Part shown: positions 9,149 to 18,496 of the stretch, one piece after another
How the letters are laid out: every line of letters begins with the position of its first letter
How positions within the stretch are numbered: the stretch's first letter is position 1
NCBI GenBank assembly: GCA_947502835.1
Contig: CANNBJ010000002.1
Span: forward strand, 397,850-461,849
Length of the DNA: 64,000 bases
Direction: 5' to 3'
Source: Bdellovibrionales bacterium
GTDB lineage: Bacteria > Bdellovibrionota > UBA1018 > CAIMNF01
The notes under the pieces: generated by a model
Told to the model about the DNA's origin: nothing
The model's input: only the letters and a program-made list of their open reading frames with translations
The model's database searches: none
Position numbers and translations under genes: made by a program

Positions 9149-11635
9149 CTATTGCTTTAGTGAGGCGCTGTGGCTGCGGGAGCGGACTTTTGGTTGTGAG
9201 CGAAGAGTCGGCTTTTTGACTGTACGGGTTCGCATGACCAAAGGAATCACGTCTTCAAGTCTGGATACAAATCTGATGTCGAGACTCCGAAGCAACTCGA
9301 TCGGCAGATCATGAAGATCCCGTTTGTTCTCCTCGGGCAGGATCACCCGATCCACCCCGGACCTTCGGGCTGCGAGCAGCTTTTCGCGCACTCCTCCGAT
9401 CGGTAGAACCCGACCCGTGAGGGAAAGCTCGCCTGTCATTGCGGTCTTCGCTCTTCCAGGGATGCGGGTGAAGAGGGAATACACCGCGCACGCGAGCGTG
9501 ATTCCGGCACTGGGGCCGTCCTTCGGAATGGCGCCCGCAGGAATATGGATGTGCACATCCCGGTCCTTGAGAAGATTCGGGGAAATCACCATCTCCTCGA
9601 TCAGCTTCTTCTTGATGTAGGTCCAGGCGATTTGGGCGCTCTCGAGCATGACATCACCCATTTGTCCGGTGAGCCTCAGTTGGCCGCTCCCCGGGAGTTC
9701 GGCCGCTTCGATGTGGAGAATCTCTCCCCCCAGCGCGGTCCAGGCAAGACCTGTCATCACGCCCGGTGTTTTCACTTCGGTTGCAAGCTCCTGCGTGTAG
9801 CGTTTTGGTCCGAGGAGATCGAGAAGATCTTCCTCCCGGATCAAAACCGGAAGCTTCAGGCGCTCGCGCGATTCCTTGCGTTCGACGATTTTGGCTGCCG
9901 TCTTGCGCGCGACCCTGCCTAGGAGCTGCTCAAGGATCCTGAGGCCCGGTTCCCTCGCATAATCAAGGATCAAGCGTTTCATTGCATGGCGTTCGATCTT
10001 GAGGTCCGAGGATTGCAGGGCGGTTTCCTCGAGAACCTTGGGTAGAATGTGTTGTCTTGCGATCTGTTCCTTTTCCTCGAGTGTGTATCCTGCGAGTTCG
10101 ATCACTTCCATCCTGTCAAGCAAGGGGGCAGGGATGCTCTGGACCGAGTTTGCCGTTGCGATGAAAATCATCTGGGAGAGATCAAAAGGCAGATCAAGAT
10201 AGTGATCGAGGAAGGCGTGGTTCTGTTCCGGATCGAGAACCTCAAGAAGAGCACTCGCGGGATCGCCATGATAGTGGGAGGCGAGTTTGTCGATCTCGTC
10301 GAGGAGAATGACTGCGTTCTTGCTTCCTGCGCGTTTCGCAGCTTGGATGAATTTTCCCGGCATTGCTCCGATGTAAGTGCGCCTGTGGCCCTTGATTTCG
10401 GCTTCATCCCTCATGCCGCCCAAGGAAAACCGGTAGAAATTCCGGCCCATGGCAGTGGCAATCGATTTTCCAATGGAGGTTTTTCCCACACCCGGAGGGC
10501 CCACAAGCAGGATGATCGAGCCCTTTTTTGAGACAAGCTTCTTGGACGCATGGAGGCTTCGGACCGCGAGGAACTCGATGATCCGCTCCTTCACCTTGTC
10601 GAGTCCGCTGTGGTTGGAGTCGAGCACCTCTCGGGCATGGGAGAGATTCAGTTGATCTGTGGTGAGCGTGCTCCAGGGGAGGGAGCAGAGCATTTCGAGA
10701 TAGCCAAGGGAGATCGTGTATTCGGGTGATTGCTCACTCAGCGTTTCGAATTTGGAGAGTTCATCGAGCGCGGCTTTTTTCGCACCCTCGGGCATGCCGG
10801 CGGCTTCGATTCGCTCACGAAAGGATCGTGCGCTCTTGTCCTTGCCCTCTTCTTCCATTCCGAGCTCTTTCTTGATGAGCTTCAGTTGCTCCTTCAAGAA
10901 GAATTCCCGCTGAAGAGTTGAAATCTTCTGGTTCACCTCGTCGTTGATTTTCTTTTGCACGGTCGCAACATCATGCTCCCGTTTCAGGAACACCAACAGT
11001 TTCTCAAACCGTGTCTTGACGGGAAGGGTTTCCAGGAAGTCCTGGGAGTCGCTCTTTCCGAGACCCAGTGCAAAAGCCACAATGTCCGCGACCACTCCCG
11101 AGTGAGGTGCGTTGATGAGCGCAAGCTTCATTTCCTCGCTGAAAAACGGGTGTGTCTCCGAGAGGTCCTTTACGTGATTGATGATCGTGCGTGTGAGCGC
11201 ATCAAGTTCAAGGCTCTTTTCGGGTTGGATCTCATCGAAATACTCCGGATCCACGACAAGGTGGGGGTGCTCGGAGAGTGTCCTCCTGCTCCGGAAGCGT
11301 TTCAGGCCCTGGATCAGGATTTGGATGGATCCGTCCGGAAGTTTGATCCGTTTCAGGATTTTCACGGCAATCCCGAACGAATAGAGGTCCGCGGACCCTG
11401 TTTCGTCCGTGATGGACTCCCCCTTGGTCATCATGAGCCCTAAATGATTTTGCTTTCGGGCAATGATTTCCTCCACGGTCGCAATCGCCTTTGGATGCCA
11501 CACCACGAGAGGGAGAACGAGGGTCGGGTAGAGAACCGGACCCAGAATGGGGATCGTGAACAGATCCCGCGGAAGAATCTGGTCTGGAAGAATGATGCCC
11601 GGATTTGCCTGAAGGATCTCGCTTGCGTTGCTCAC
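9149..11635 (-). CDS. lon: ATP-dependent Lon protease
   Basis: LON N-domain, Walker A GPPGVGKTS, and the protease Ser motif PKDGPSAGIT. GTG start. Confidence 0.95.
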   Translation of the reverse strand: MSNASEILQANPGIILPDQILPRDLFTIPILGPVLYPTLVLPLVVWHPKAIATVEEIIARKQNHLGLMMTKGESITDETGSADLYSFGIAVKILKRIKLPDGSIQILIQGLKRFRSRRTLSEHPHLVVDPEYFDEIQPEKSLELDALTRTIINHVKDLSETHPFFSEEMKLALINAPHSGVVADIVAFALGLGKSDSQDFLETLPVKTRFEKLLVFLKREHDVATVQKKINDEVNQKISTLQREFFLKEQLKLIKKELGMEEEGKDKSARSFRERIEAAGMPEGAKKAALDELSKFETLSEQSPEYTISLGYLEMLCSLPWSTLTTDQLNLSHAREVLDSNHSGLDKVKERIIEFLAVRSLHASKKLVSKKGSIILLVGPPGVGKTSIGKSIATAMGRNFYRFSLGGMRDEAEIKGHRRTYIGAMPGKFIQAAKRAGSKNAVILLDEIDKLASHYHGDPASALLEVLDPEQNHAFLDHYLDLPFDLSQMIFIATANSVQSIPAPLLDRMEVIELAGYTLEEKEQIARQHILPKVLEETALQSSDLKIERHAMKRLILDYAREPGLRILEQLLGRVARKTAAKIVERKESRERLKLPVLIREEDLLDLLGPKRYTQELATEVKTPGVMTGLAWTALGGEILHIEAAELPGSGQLRLTGQMGDVMLESAQIAWTYIKKKLIEEMVISPNLLKDRDVHIHIPAGAIPKDGPSAGITLACAVYSLFTRIPGRAKTAMTGELSLTGRVLPIGGVREKLLAARRSGVDRVILPEENKRDLHDLPIELLRSLDIRFVSRLEDVIPLVMRTRTVKKPTLRSQPKVRSRSHSASLKQ

Positions 11636-11666
11636 CTTGATGGTGATGGGCCCTAAATCGGGAAAA

Positions 11667-12167
11667 TCAAGGTTTCAGGTCAATAATGATTCGGGAGGGA
11701 TCGGTGAGCTCGAAAACCTCTGATTTTACACCTGTTTGGCATTCCATTGAGAACATCCAGCGATCCGCTTCCACCAGGGGAATGAATTCCATTTTCTTGA
11801 TGGTTTTGGTTTTTCGTGCGGACTGGATCGCGGTTTGGCTGGAGAAGTCGAGCTTGGCCTTTCCGTAGAGAGTCACTAAAACCCGATTGCTCGCCGGATC
11901 ATTTTGCACCATGAAAAACGGCGGGCGCTTGGAATCCGCCAAATCCATTACCACCCGATCGTAGCCTGCGGGATTGGCAGCGATCCTCACGCTGACCACT
12001 TTGAAATCGGATTGAGCCCGATCCCCTCCTGAAACAGAGCCCTCCGAAAGGTAGAGGTTTTTCTTGAGTTTCAGGGCTTGCCGAAAGGCGCCCTCGTCAA
12101 ACTGGGCATGGGCCGCTCGGGTGACAAGGAAGAGTGCGAGAAGGAGGATCAGGAATCGGATCGACAT
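11667..12167 (-). CDS. secreted AMIN-like domain protein
   Basis: Signal peptide MSIRFLILLLALFLVTRAAHA. Resembles the AMIN domain of AmiC/PilQ N-termini (KVVSVRI...YDRVVMDL...RVLVTLYGKAKLDF...RIIIDLKP). Confidence 0.45.
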   Translation of the reverse strand: MSIRFLILLLALFLVTRAAHAQFDEGAFRQALKLKKNLYLSEGSVSGGDRAQSDFKVVSVRIAANPAGYDRVVMDLADSKRPPFFMVQNDPASNRVLVTLYGKAKLDFSSQTAIQSARKTKTIKKMEFIPLVEADRWMFSMECQTGVKSEVFELTDPSRIIIDLKP

Positions 12168-13825
12168 GTTGGCTTCAGTCTAATCCTGCGCCGAATTGAA
12201 TTCAACTGAAAGGCCGCAATCACGAAGAATGGCCAGAACCACCCGAGCAGGCGTCCGGCCAGGGAGGATGGGGTCGCGCGGGAAGAACGAACTTCCCCTG
12301 CCCGGGCGGCGGGCACTCCGCAGAACCCGAAATCCTCCCGGGCGCTTTTCGTACTCGAGTAGCGAACGGGATTCCCCGGAGGCGAGAAATATTCGGGGGG
12401 CGAGTCTTCCGGGAGACATCGCGGGTTGAGGGGAAAGGTCCCGTTCTGGAAGGAGACCACGAAGAATGCTTGGTCCTTCAGGGAAAGTGTTCGGAAGGGA
12501 AGGGGCGCATCGCTGGGAAAGAGCGGAGTTGCGCGAATCGTAATCCTCCCGAAAGCCGACCCCTCGATCCGGGTTTCTGCGATCTTGAACCCGGAATCCG
12601 AAGAGTACAGCGGGTACTTTGTCTGAACCTGAATTCGCCGGCCTTTTTCATCGAAAGCCTCAAGATTCACGCGAATGGGGGAGAGCAGGAGGTGCGTGAG
12701 GCCGGTTGCCGTGAATGGGCCGTTTGCAATGAAGGAATAGGCAACGGGCCTTGCGACGGATCCGGCATCGACAAAAAAGGGCGGTGCGATTTCATCGCCG
12801 GAGGTTCCTCCTGAGGCGGGGATGTTCCGGCAGTGAAGCGTGATGGATCCGGTATCGGAAAACCGGCGAGGTGTGACGGTGAACTCACGAAATGTGTGGG
12901 AGTCCGCTTCGGTGACGAATTGAATCGGGAAGGATCGGGTGCCGCAGAAGTCCTGATTCGCCGGAAGGTGAGCGGGACCGATGGAGTCCGGCGGGCCCGG
13001 GTACGGCTCAAGTGCGAGCCCCACGTCCCCGGGTTCGAGCGCTCCAAAGACAAAACGTCCGTTCCTGTCGGAGACGACACGCGCCAGAGGTAATCCGGTC
13101 TTTCGTGAAATCGCGATGATCTGCACCCCGGACACCGGATTCTTTGAGGGGTTCAGGACCACACCCGAAAGGGCTCCGGTGGGCGAAGTGCTTCCATAAA
13201 GATGGCGTGCTCCTGCAAGATCGTCGCAACCCAAGTGTGCTTGATCGAGGTATTCCACAAACAGCATGGAGGAGTTGAGGTCTCCGCTGTGTCCGAGGCC
13301 GATGGCATGACCAATTTCGTGGGAAAGAATGGCATCGAGATGAACCGCCGGGCGCAAAGCCCTGGGATTCGAGGATGAATCTGCGGGGTTTGAGGAGAAT
13401 GTGTAGTTGCGATCATTCAGGATGATGTCGGATTCCACAAGATCACCCGTTGCGCTGTTGAACCAGACCTGCGTGTATCCAATCACATTTGGATCAACGG
13501 AGCTTCTCGAGTTGCTCGCAAAGAATACGGAGCTGAGACCGTCGGAGGATGCCTCGGGCGGATAGATGGCGGGGTCGGTTCCCTGCCAGTAATCGAAGTC
13601 GAGAAATCCTCCGGTGGCCCCGCGCCACTGGTGCAAGCCTTGAATGACGCCCGACCTGAAGTTTCCGCTTGGAAAACCGTCTTGATTGTTCGGGTTCCCT
13701 GCGAGCATGAGCTTCTGCCCGTATCGAAGTCGGACCGGCTCACCCGAATCGGTCGACGTAATGGTATAGGCATGGGTTTGGAGTGCAAAGAAGGAAGCAG
13801 CAATGAGAATCCGGCCGTGGCTCAT
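12149..13825 (-). CDS. matrixin-like (M10 metzincin) zinc metalloprotease with a C-terminal membrane anchor
   Basis: HEIGHAIGLGHSGDLNSSM (HExxHxxGxxH plus a Met-turn) and an MMP-like CDDLAGARHLYG motif. A CarbopepD_reg-like beta domain is present. The C-terminus RLLGWFWPFFVIAAFQLNSIRRRIR is a hydrophobic helix followed by an Arg-rich tail. Confidence 0.75.
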   Translation of the reverse strand: MSHGRILIAASFFALQTHAYTITSTDSGEPVRLRYGQKLMLAGNPNNQDGFPSGNFRSGVIQGLHQWRGATGGFLDFDYWQGTDPAIYPPEASSDGLSSVFFASNSRSSVDPNVIGYTQVWFNSATGDLVESDIILNDRNYTFSSNPADSSSNPRALRPAVHLDAILSHEIGHAIGLGHSGDLNSSMLFVEYLDQAHLGCDDLAGARHLYGSTSPTGALSGVVLNPSKNPVSGVQIIAISRKTGLPLARVVSDRNGRFVFGALEPGDVGLALEPYPGPPDSIGPAHLPANQDFCGTRSFPIQFVTEADSHTFREFTVTPRRFSDTGSITLHCRNIPASGGTSGDEIAPPFFVDAGSVARPVAYSFIANGPFTATGLTHLLLSPIRVNLEAFDEKGRRIQVQTKYPLYSSDSGFKIAETRIEGSAFGRITIRATPLFPSDAPLPFRTLSLKDQAFFVVSFQNGTFPLNPRCLPEDSPPEYFSPPGNPVRYSSTKSAREDFGFCGVPAARAGEVRSSRATPSSLAGRLLGWFWPFFVIAAFQLNSIRRRIRLKPTCRSDS

Positions 13826-13899
13826 CCTTGAGTCGCTTTCGGGGTGAATGGCGGGAATCGAACTCTTGATTCCGCCTCTTGAAAAACAGGATATCCCGT

Positions 13900-14688
13900 T
13901 TACTTGCGCCTGAGGTAGAAGAAAATCGCGAGCAAGGCGCCCCCGAAAAGGAAGAGAATCCCGGCAATTTTTGCCGGATCGGAGGACCCTGCGGGCGAGT
14001 CATTCCGGACCTCATCGTGAAGGGAGGGGGTGGCACCGGGTGCGGGAGATTCATCGAGTTTCGCGGATGATTCCGCTCTGACCGGGGGGCGCTGGTCCTT
14101 CGGGCCGGAAGAGGCATTGGCGGGTGGTGGTGACGCTTCCTTCTGGATTGCGATCAGTTCTTTCAATTGTTTCAGGGTCCACACCCGTTTGTTTTCCGCA
14201 ACACCGGGGCCGATTGCTTCGCGGGCCTCGGGACCGTTGGAGAAGGTGAACAGGCCTCCGGTAAGTTCCGTTTCCCCGGATTTATCGGAAAGTCCGAACT
14301 TGCCGAGTTCAAGACCAGTCACCTCGTAGGAGTGATCCTCGTTTTCAGGGCCAAGAAAAAAAACAGACACCTCCCCGTCCTGGAACTCAGGCGAGCCCGG
14401 GATGTGAAGTGTGGTGCCATCCTTGGTGCCGCCGAGCTTTCGAACCTGAATCGAGGACCCCGTGATTCTGCCCTTCAAGACCTCAAGCACCTCGATTTCA
14501 GCATAGGTGTGAACATTTCTCTCTCCGCTCGAGGTGATTCCGAATTCAGAATGGGGTTGATGGAGTCGCCCGCGGACGATGTTTTGCGAATCCCGGGTGA
14601 ATTCCTCGAACGGCCGGATGTAAAAACTCGTTGCCAGCGAGTCACCTGCCAGGAGGGTGCACATCAAGAAAAGGAAGTGCAAGTTCAT
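13900..14688 (-). CDS. secreted protein with a Pro/Ser-rich linker and a C-terminal TM plus basic-tail anchor
   Basis: Signal peptide MNLHFLFLMCTLLAGDSLA and a low-complexity linker EASPPPANASSGPKDQRPP. The C-terminus DPAKIAGILFLFGGALLAIFFYLRRK has PEP-CTERM-like architecture. Confidence 0.5.
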   Translation of the reverse strand: MNLHFLFLMCTLLAGDSLATSFYIRPFEEFTRDSQNIVRGRLHQPHSEFGITSSGERNVHTYAEIEVLEVLKGRITGSSIQVRKLGGTKDGTTLHIPGSPEFQDGEVSVFFLGPENEDHSYEVTGLELGKFGLSDKSGETELTGGLFTFSNGPEAREAIGPGVAENKRVWTLKQLKELIAIQKEASPPPANASSGPKDQRPPVRAESSAKLDESPAPGATPSLHDEVRNDSPAGSSDPAKIAGILFLFGGALLAIFFYLRRK

Positions 14689-14717
14689 GCCAACTATCGT
14701 ATCAATGTTTGCGATTC

Positions 14718-16502
14718 ATGGCACTTCTTCAAAGATCCGTAGTCGAAAAAACAAAGTCGAGCGTCATCTATTTGGTGCTGTTCATTGCGCTTGTTTTCGC
14801 GGTCATCGGGATCTACCGGGGTGGGGTTCACCTTTCCGGGCTTCGCGCCGAGACGGTCGATCTCCCCGATCTTCCGGGCGCCATCCTGCTCTCGACGATG
14901 CGCATGGCGATCGCATATTGCTCCTCCCTCGTGTTTGCATTCATCTTCGGCCTTCTTGCCGCACGAACCGCAACCGGTGAGCGGTTCATTCTTCCGGTTC
15001 TCGACGTTCTTCAGTCTGTGCCCGTGGTGGGTTTCTTCCCCGCAGCCATCACCTTTTTCATCGGGATCACCCAAGGCCATCGGATCGGGGTCGAGCTCTC
15101 GGCAATCTTCCTGATTTTCACGTCCCAGGCATGGAACATCGGATTTGCGGTGTACGAGTCAGTCAAGGCCATTCCCGTTGAGAACGAGGAAGCGGTCATG
15201 AGCATGGGGCTTCCCCAAAGTCAGCGTTTTTTCAAACTCTACCTCCCCGCCTCGATCCCGAGGGTGATCTACAACTCAATCCTTTCTTGGTCAAACGGGT
15301 GGTTCTTCCTGGTTGCATGCGAGATCATTGCAATCGGTCCGGTCAAGTACAACTTGCCCGGCATTGGAAGTTTCCTTGCCCGTGCCGCCGAGGAGGAGAG
15401 GCTTGAATTGGTCCTCTGGGGTTTGTTTGCACTCATTTGCGTGATCCTGGTTCTTGATACGTTCATCTGGAAGCCGCTCACCATCTGGTCCGCCCGCTTC
15501 AAGCAGGATGCGACCGCAAATCAGGACGAGGAAGATGTGGGAATCTTTCTTGATCTTCCAAAGACCATCGCATCGAGATTGTCGTTTTTCACAGAGCCGC
15601 TGTTGAGGATGTTGATCGCGCTGACTTTGCCGGTGCGCTGGTTTCTTGTGGAGGTGATTTTCCCGCTCTTCTGGGATCTGCCGGTTGCCCTTTTGTCGAA
15701 GCTCGTGAAGGGGGTCAGTCGTCCCATCGAACCCGTTCTCGAGGGGACGAGGAAAATGCGCGTCGCCATCGGATACTTTGCTCTCGGGTTTTTGGTGGTC
15801 TTGGGCGCATTTTATGTATGGAATTGGTTCCAGGGACCCCTTCCTGTTGTGCTCCGGGATCTGCCGATGAGCATTCTTTATTCCACACTCCGGATCCTCA
15901 CAGCACTCTTGATCTCCTTTGCCTGGGTGCTTCCCCTCGTGTATCTCACCTGGAATCGACCAAAGCTCAGGCATGCCCTGACCACGGTGGCCCAGCTTGG
16001 AGCCTCCATTCCTGCGACTGCTCTGTTTCCTTTGATTGTTCTGGTCGGAGTGCGAAAGCTCGGGGGTGGAATGGAGTTCGGAACCCTGGTTCTGCTCACC
16101 TTTGGAATCCAGTGGTACGTTCTTTTCAACGCAATCGGTGGAGCCGCTGCCATTCCCTCGGATCTGGTCGATGCTGCTAAATCATATGGATTGAGTCCGT
16201 TCGCAACGTTTCGTACTTTGGTGTTTCCCGCAATCCGCCCGGCCTTGATCACGGGCGCCATCACGGCATGGGGTGGTGGATGGAACGCTCTCGTGGTATC
16301 AGAATACATCACGGTGAAGAGTGAAGTCGTCAGGGTCAAAGGCCTTGGAGCGCTGCTCAGTTACTCCGTGTATGAATTGGGAGACGGTCGATCCATCAGC
16401 TTGTGCATTGTTGTGATGGTCGCCTGGATTTTATTTGTGAACCTGTTGATCTGGCAGCCTCTTTACCAAGAAAACCTTGAAAAGTTCAGGTTCTCCTCAT
16501 GA
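14718..16502 (+). CDS. ABC transporter, duplicated (tandem-fused) TauC/SsuC-type permease
   Basis: Two BPD-transporter permease units occur in one polypeptide (the second carries SYGLSPFATFRTLVFPAIRPALITG). This is the NitT/TauT family, COG4986-like. The likely start is MALLQRS at 14718. Confidence 0.8.
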   Translation: MALLQRSVVEKTKSSVIYLVLFIALVFAVIGIYRGGVHLSGLRAETVDLPDLPGAILLSTMRMAIAYCSSLVFAFIFGLLAARTATGERFILPVLDVLQSVPVVGFFPAAITFFIGITQGHRIGVELSAIFLIFTSQAWNIGFAVYESVKAIPVENEEAVMSMGLPQSQRFFKLYLPASIPRVIYNSILSWSNGWFFLVACEIIAIGPVKYNLPGIGSFLARAAEEERLELVLWGLFALICVILVLDTFIWKPLTIWSARFKQDATANQDEEDVGIFLDLPKTIASRLSFFTEPLLRMLIALTLPVRWFLVEVIFPLFWDLPVALLSKLVKGVSRPIEPVLEGTRKMRVAIGYFALGFLVVLGAFYVWNWFQGPLPVVLRDLPMSILYSTLRILTALLISFAWVLPLVYLTWNRPKLRHALTTVAQLGASIPATALFPLIVLVGVRKLGGGMEFGTLVLLTFGIQWYVLFNAIGGAAAIPSDLVDAAKSYGLSPFATFRTLVFPAIRPALITGAITAWGGGWNALVVSEYITVKSEVVRVKGLGALLSYSVYELGDGRSISLCIVVMVAWILFVNLLIWQPLYQENLEKFRFSS

Positions 16503-17263
16503 TTCAGGAAGCGCATACCCTGATCGAGCTTCAGCATGTGACCCGAAGGTTCATGCTCCCCCAAGGGGAGGTGACCGTCATCGAGAATATTTCCTTCAAG
16601 GCATTGGAGGGTGAGTTCATCACGATCGTGGGTCCCTCGGGCGCGGGCAAGAGCACTCTGCTTCGGATGATGAATGGGCTGCTTCCTCCGTCCGAAGGGG
16701 CGGTCTTGTACAATGGGCGGGAGCAGAAGGGCATCAATCTCGATACGGCCATGGTATTTCAGAATTTCGGACTCCTCCCTTGGCTCACGGTTTCCCAGAA
16801 CATCGAGCTGGGCCTTGAGGCTCGCTCCAAAGACGTCGTGTACCGGCGATCCCAGGTAAACCGGTACATCACCAAAGTGGGTCTTGAGGGCTATGAGGAA
16901 GCTTACCCCCGTGAGCTTTCCGGCGGCATGAAACAAAGGGTAGGGCTTGCGCGCGCGCTGGCGATCGAGCCATCGCTCTTGTTGATGGATGAGCCCTTTT
17001 CTTCGCTTGATGTGCTTACTTCCATCAACTTGCGGAACGAACTTTTGGACATTTGGAGTGATCGTGAAAACGTGGTGAACACCATGATCATGGTCACCCA
17101 CAACATTGAAGAGGCGATTGAGCTTTCGGATCGGATTTTGATCCTCTCGAATCGTCCAGGAAAGATTGCAGGCGAGCTGAAGATCGACCTTCCGCGCCCG
17201 AGACGAAAGCGGGATCCGCTTTTCTCGGAGTATGTGGATCGGGTCTTCTCGTTGCTTGCTTAG
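16499..17263 (+). CDS. ABC transporter ATP-binding protein (NitT/TauT family)
   Basis: Walker A GPSGAGKSTLL, the ABC signature LSGGMKQRVGLARAL, and Walker B LLLMDEPFSSLD. The start overlaps the permease stop (ATGA). Confidence 0.9.
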   Translation: MIQEAHTLIELQHVTRRFMLPQGEVTVIENISFKALEGEFITIVGPSGAGKSTLLRMMNGLLPPSEGAVLYNGREQKGINLDTAMVFQNFGLLPWLTVSQNIELGLEARSKDVVYRRSQVNRYITKVGLEGYEEAYPRELSGGMKQRVGLARALAIEPSLLLMDEPFSSLDVLTSINLRNELLDIWSDRENVVNTMIMVTHNIEEAIELSDRILILSNRPGKIAGELKIDLPRPRRKRDPLFSEYVDRVFSLLA

Positions 17264-17272
17264 GGAGAATTT

Positions 17273-17761
17273 ATGAAACACGCAGCATTACCTGAAATTG
17301 GAATCAGCCAGATCCTTGGACTGGTGGAGCTTTTGGTCGGAAAAGGCGGGCGAGAAGACATCTACAAGCTTGCAGGGGAGCTTTCAATGGAGCTCGGAGA
17401 AACCCTTACAGTGATCAAGGCAGCCGAAATGCTCGGGCTTGTTCACACCCCGGGCGGAGATGTCGTGGTGGAGGACTTTGGAAACAAAGTCGTCGACGCA
17501 TCCATCACGGACAGAAAAGACCTGATCCGCGAGAAGCTCGAGCACTTTCCCTTGTTCAAGGTGATCCGGGATTATCTTTCGAGCCAAGAGGAAACCGAAG
17601 TCACCCGCGAGGAAATGCTTGAGAAGCTCGCCGAACTCATCCCGAATGAGGATGCAGAAGCCTCCTTTAGCTCTATTGTGAACTGGGGCCGCTATTCCGA
17701 GCTTTTTGGCTACAATGATGACTCACAGACTTTTTATCTGGGTGAGAGCCGGGCGGAGTGA
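17273..17761 (+). CDS. stand-alone AAA-associated (ABC C-terminal-like) domain protein
   Basis: A small acidic protein resembling the C-terminal AAA-associated domain that is normally fused to NitT/TauT ABC ATPases. It has its own RBS (GGAGA) 4 nt upstream. Confidence 0.5.
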   Translation: MKHAALPEIGISQILGLVELLVGKGGREDIYKLAGELSMELGETLTVIKAAEMLGLVHTPGGDVVVEDFGNKVVDASITDRKDLIREKLEHFPLFKVIRDYLSSQEETEVTREEMLEKLAELIPNEDAEASFSSIVNWGRYSELFGYNDDSQTFYLGESRAE

Positions 17762-17889
17762 GATCCTCCCGCTCCCCCGTGAAGCGCCGAAATCGTTTTC
17801 ATTGATTCTTCCCTGACATTCTCCTGATTTGCCCTCGTGAACCGGGCGGGATACGGTGCGATCGCCCGTTGGACGGACGGTTTCGGGAG

Positions 17890-18455
17890 GTATGATGTTT
17901 TGTTTGCGGACTTTGGTTTCAGTTTCTTTGTTCCTTTTGGTTTCAGCAAAGGGAGTTTCTGCCGCCTCTGCGGCGCCATTGGTGCAGGTGCTTCACCACG
18001 CGATGGAATTGTCATCTCTTCAAGATCCATTTGAAGAAATCTGTCGGCTTGCGGGGAGCGGAGTGACTTGCGCATACAAGGCGTTCATGGTGGAGGAGGG
18101 GCGCATTCGCGATCGCGTTGCGATTATGGAAAATATTGAGCAGAACCGCGTTGTCGGTTGGCTCAGGTTTTCTAAGCGCGGAGCTTCGAGAGCTGCGGTG
18201 GAGAACGATATGTCGACACTCTTTGGGAAGTTTTCAGAAGCGCCGGGTCTCAGTGGAGAGAGGTTCGATGATTTGAAGAGTCAAATGATCCTGTCCTTGC
18301 GTGCATTGCAAAAGAAGAGTCACAGCCGGTTTCGCGGTATTTTTTGGTCCGGAGTTGAAAACGGGAACGCGCTTCTGGTGTTTCTCCCGAATGAAAAATT
18401 TGGTGTGACTGAGGTCGGATTGCTGATCTTTGGCAACGTGTTTGAGTCCATGTAA
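17890..18455 (+). CDS. secreted hypothetical protein
   Basis: A GGGAGG RBS precedes the ATG at 17890. Signal peptide MMFCLRTLVSVSLFLLVSAKGVSAAS. Confidence 0.45.
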
Positions 18456-18496
18456 TGCTCTCCGGGGCTTGAAAACAGAGACCAGGCATTGACCAC

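Noticed and set aside
13836-13866. Imperfect hairpin GGCGGGAATC...GATTCCGCC between the protease start and the upstream gene stop. It was briefly considered as a tRNA or tmRNA T-arm fragment.
   Set aside because: No acceptor stem, no CCA context and no U-tract on either strand. It is most likely an incidental intergenic stem-loop.
14167-14742. 191-aa plus-strand ORF opposite the anchored secreted protein 13900..14688.
   Set aside because: The minus frame has a signal peptide, a domain, a linker and a TM anchor. The plus frame has none of these.
17273-17761. Possibility that the AAA-associated-domain ORF is the frameshifted C-terminus of the ABC ATPase.
   Set aside because: A clean TAG stop, a 9-nt spacer and a GGAGA RBS before its own ATG argue for a deliberately separate gene. 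This cannot be excluded without reads.
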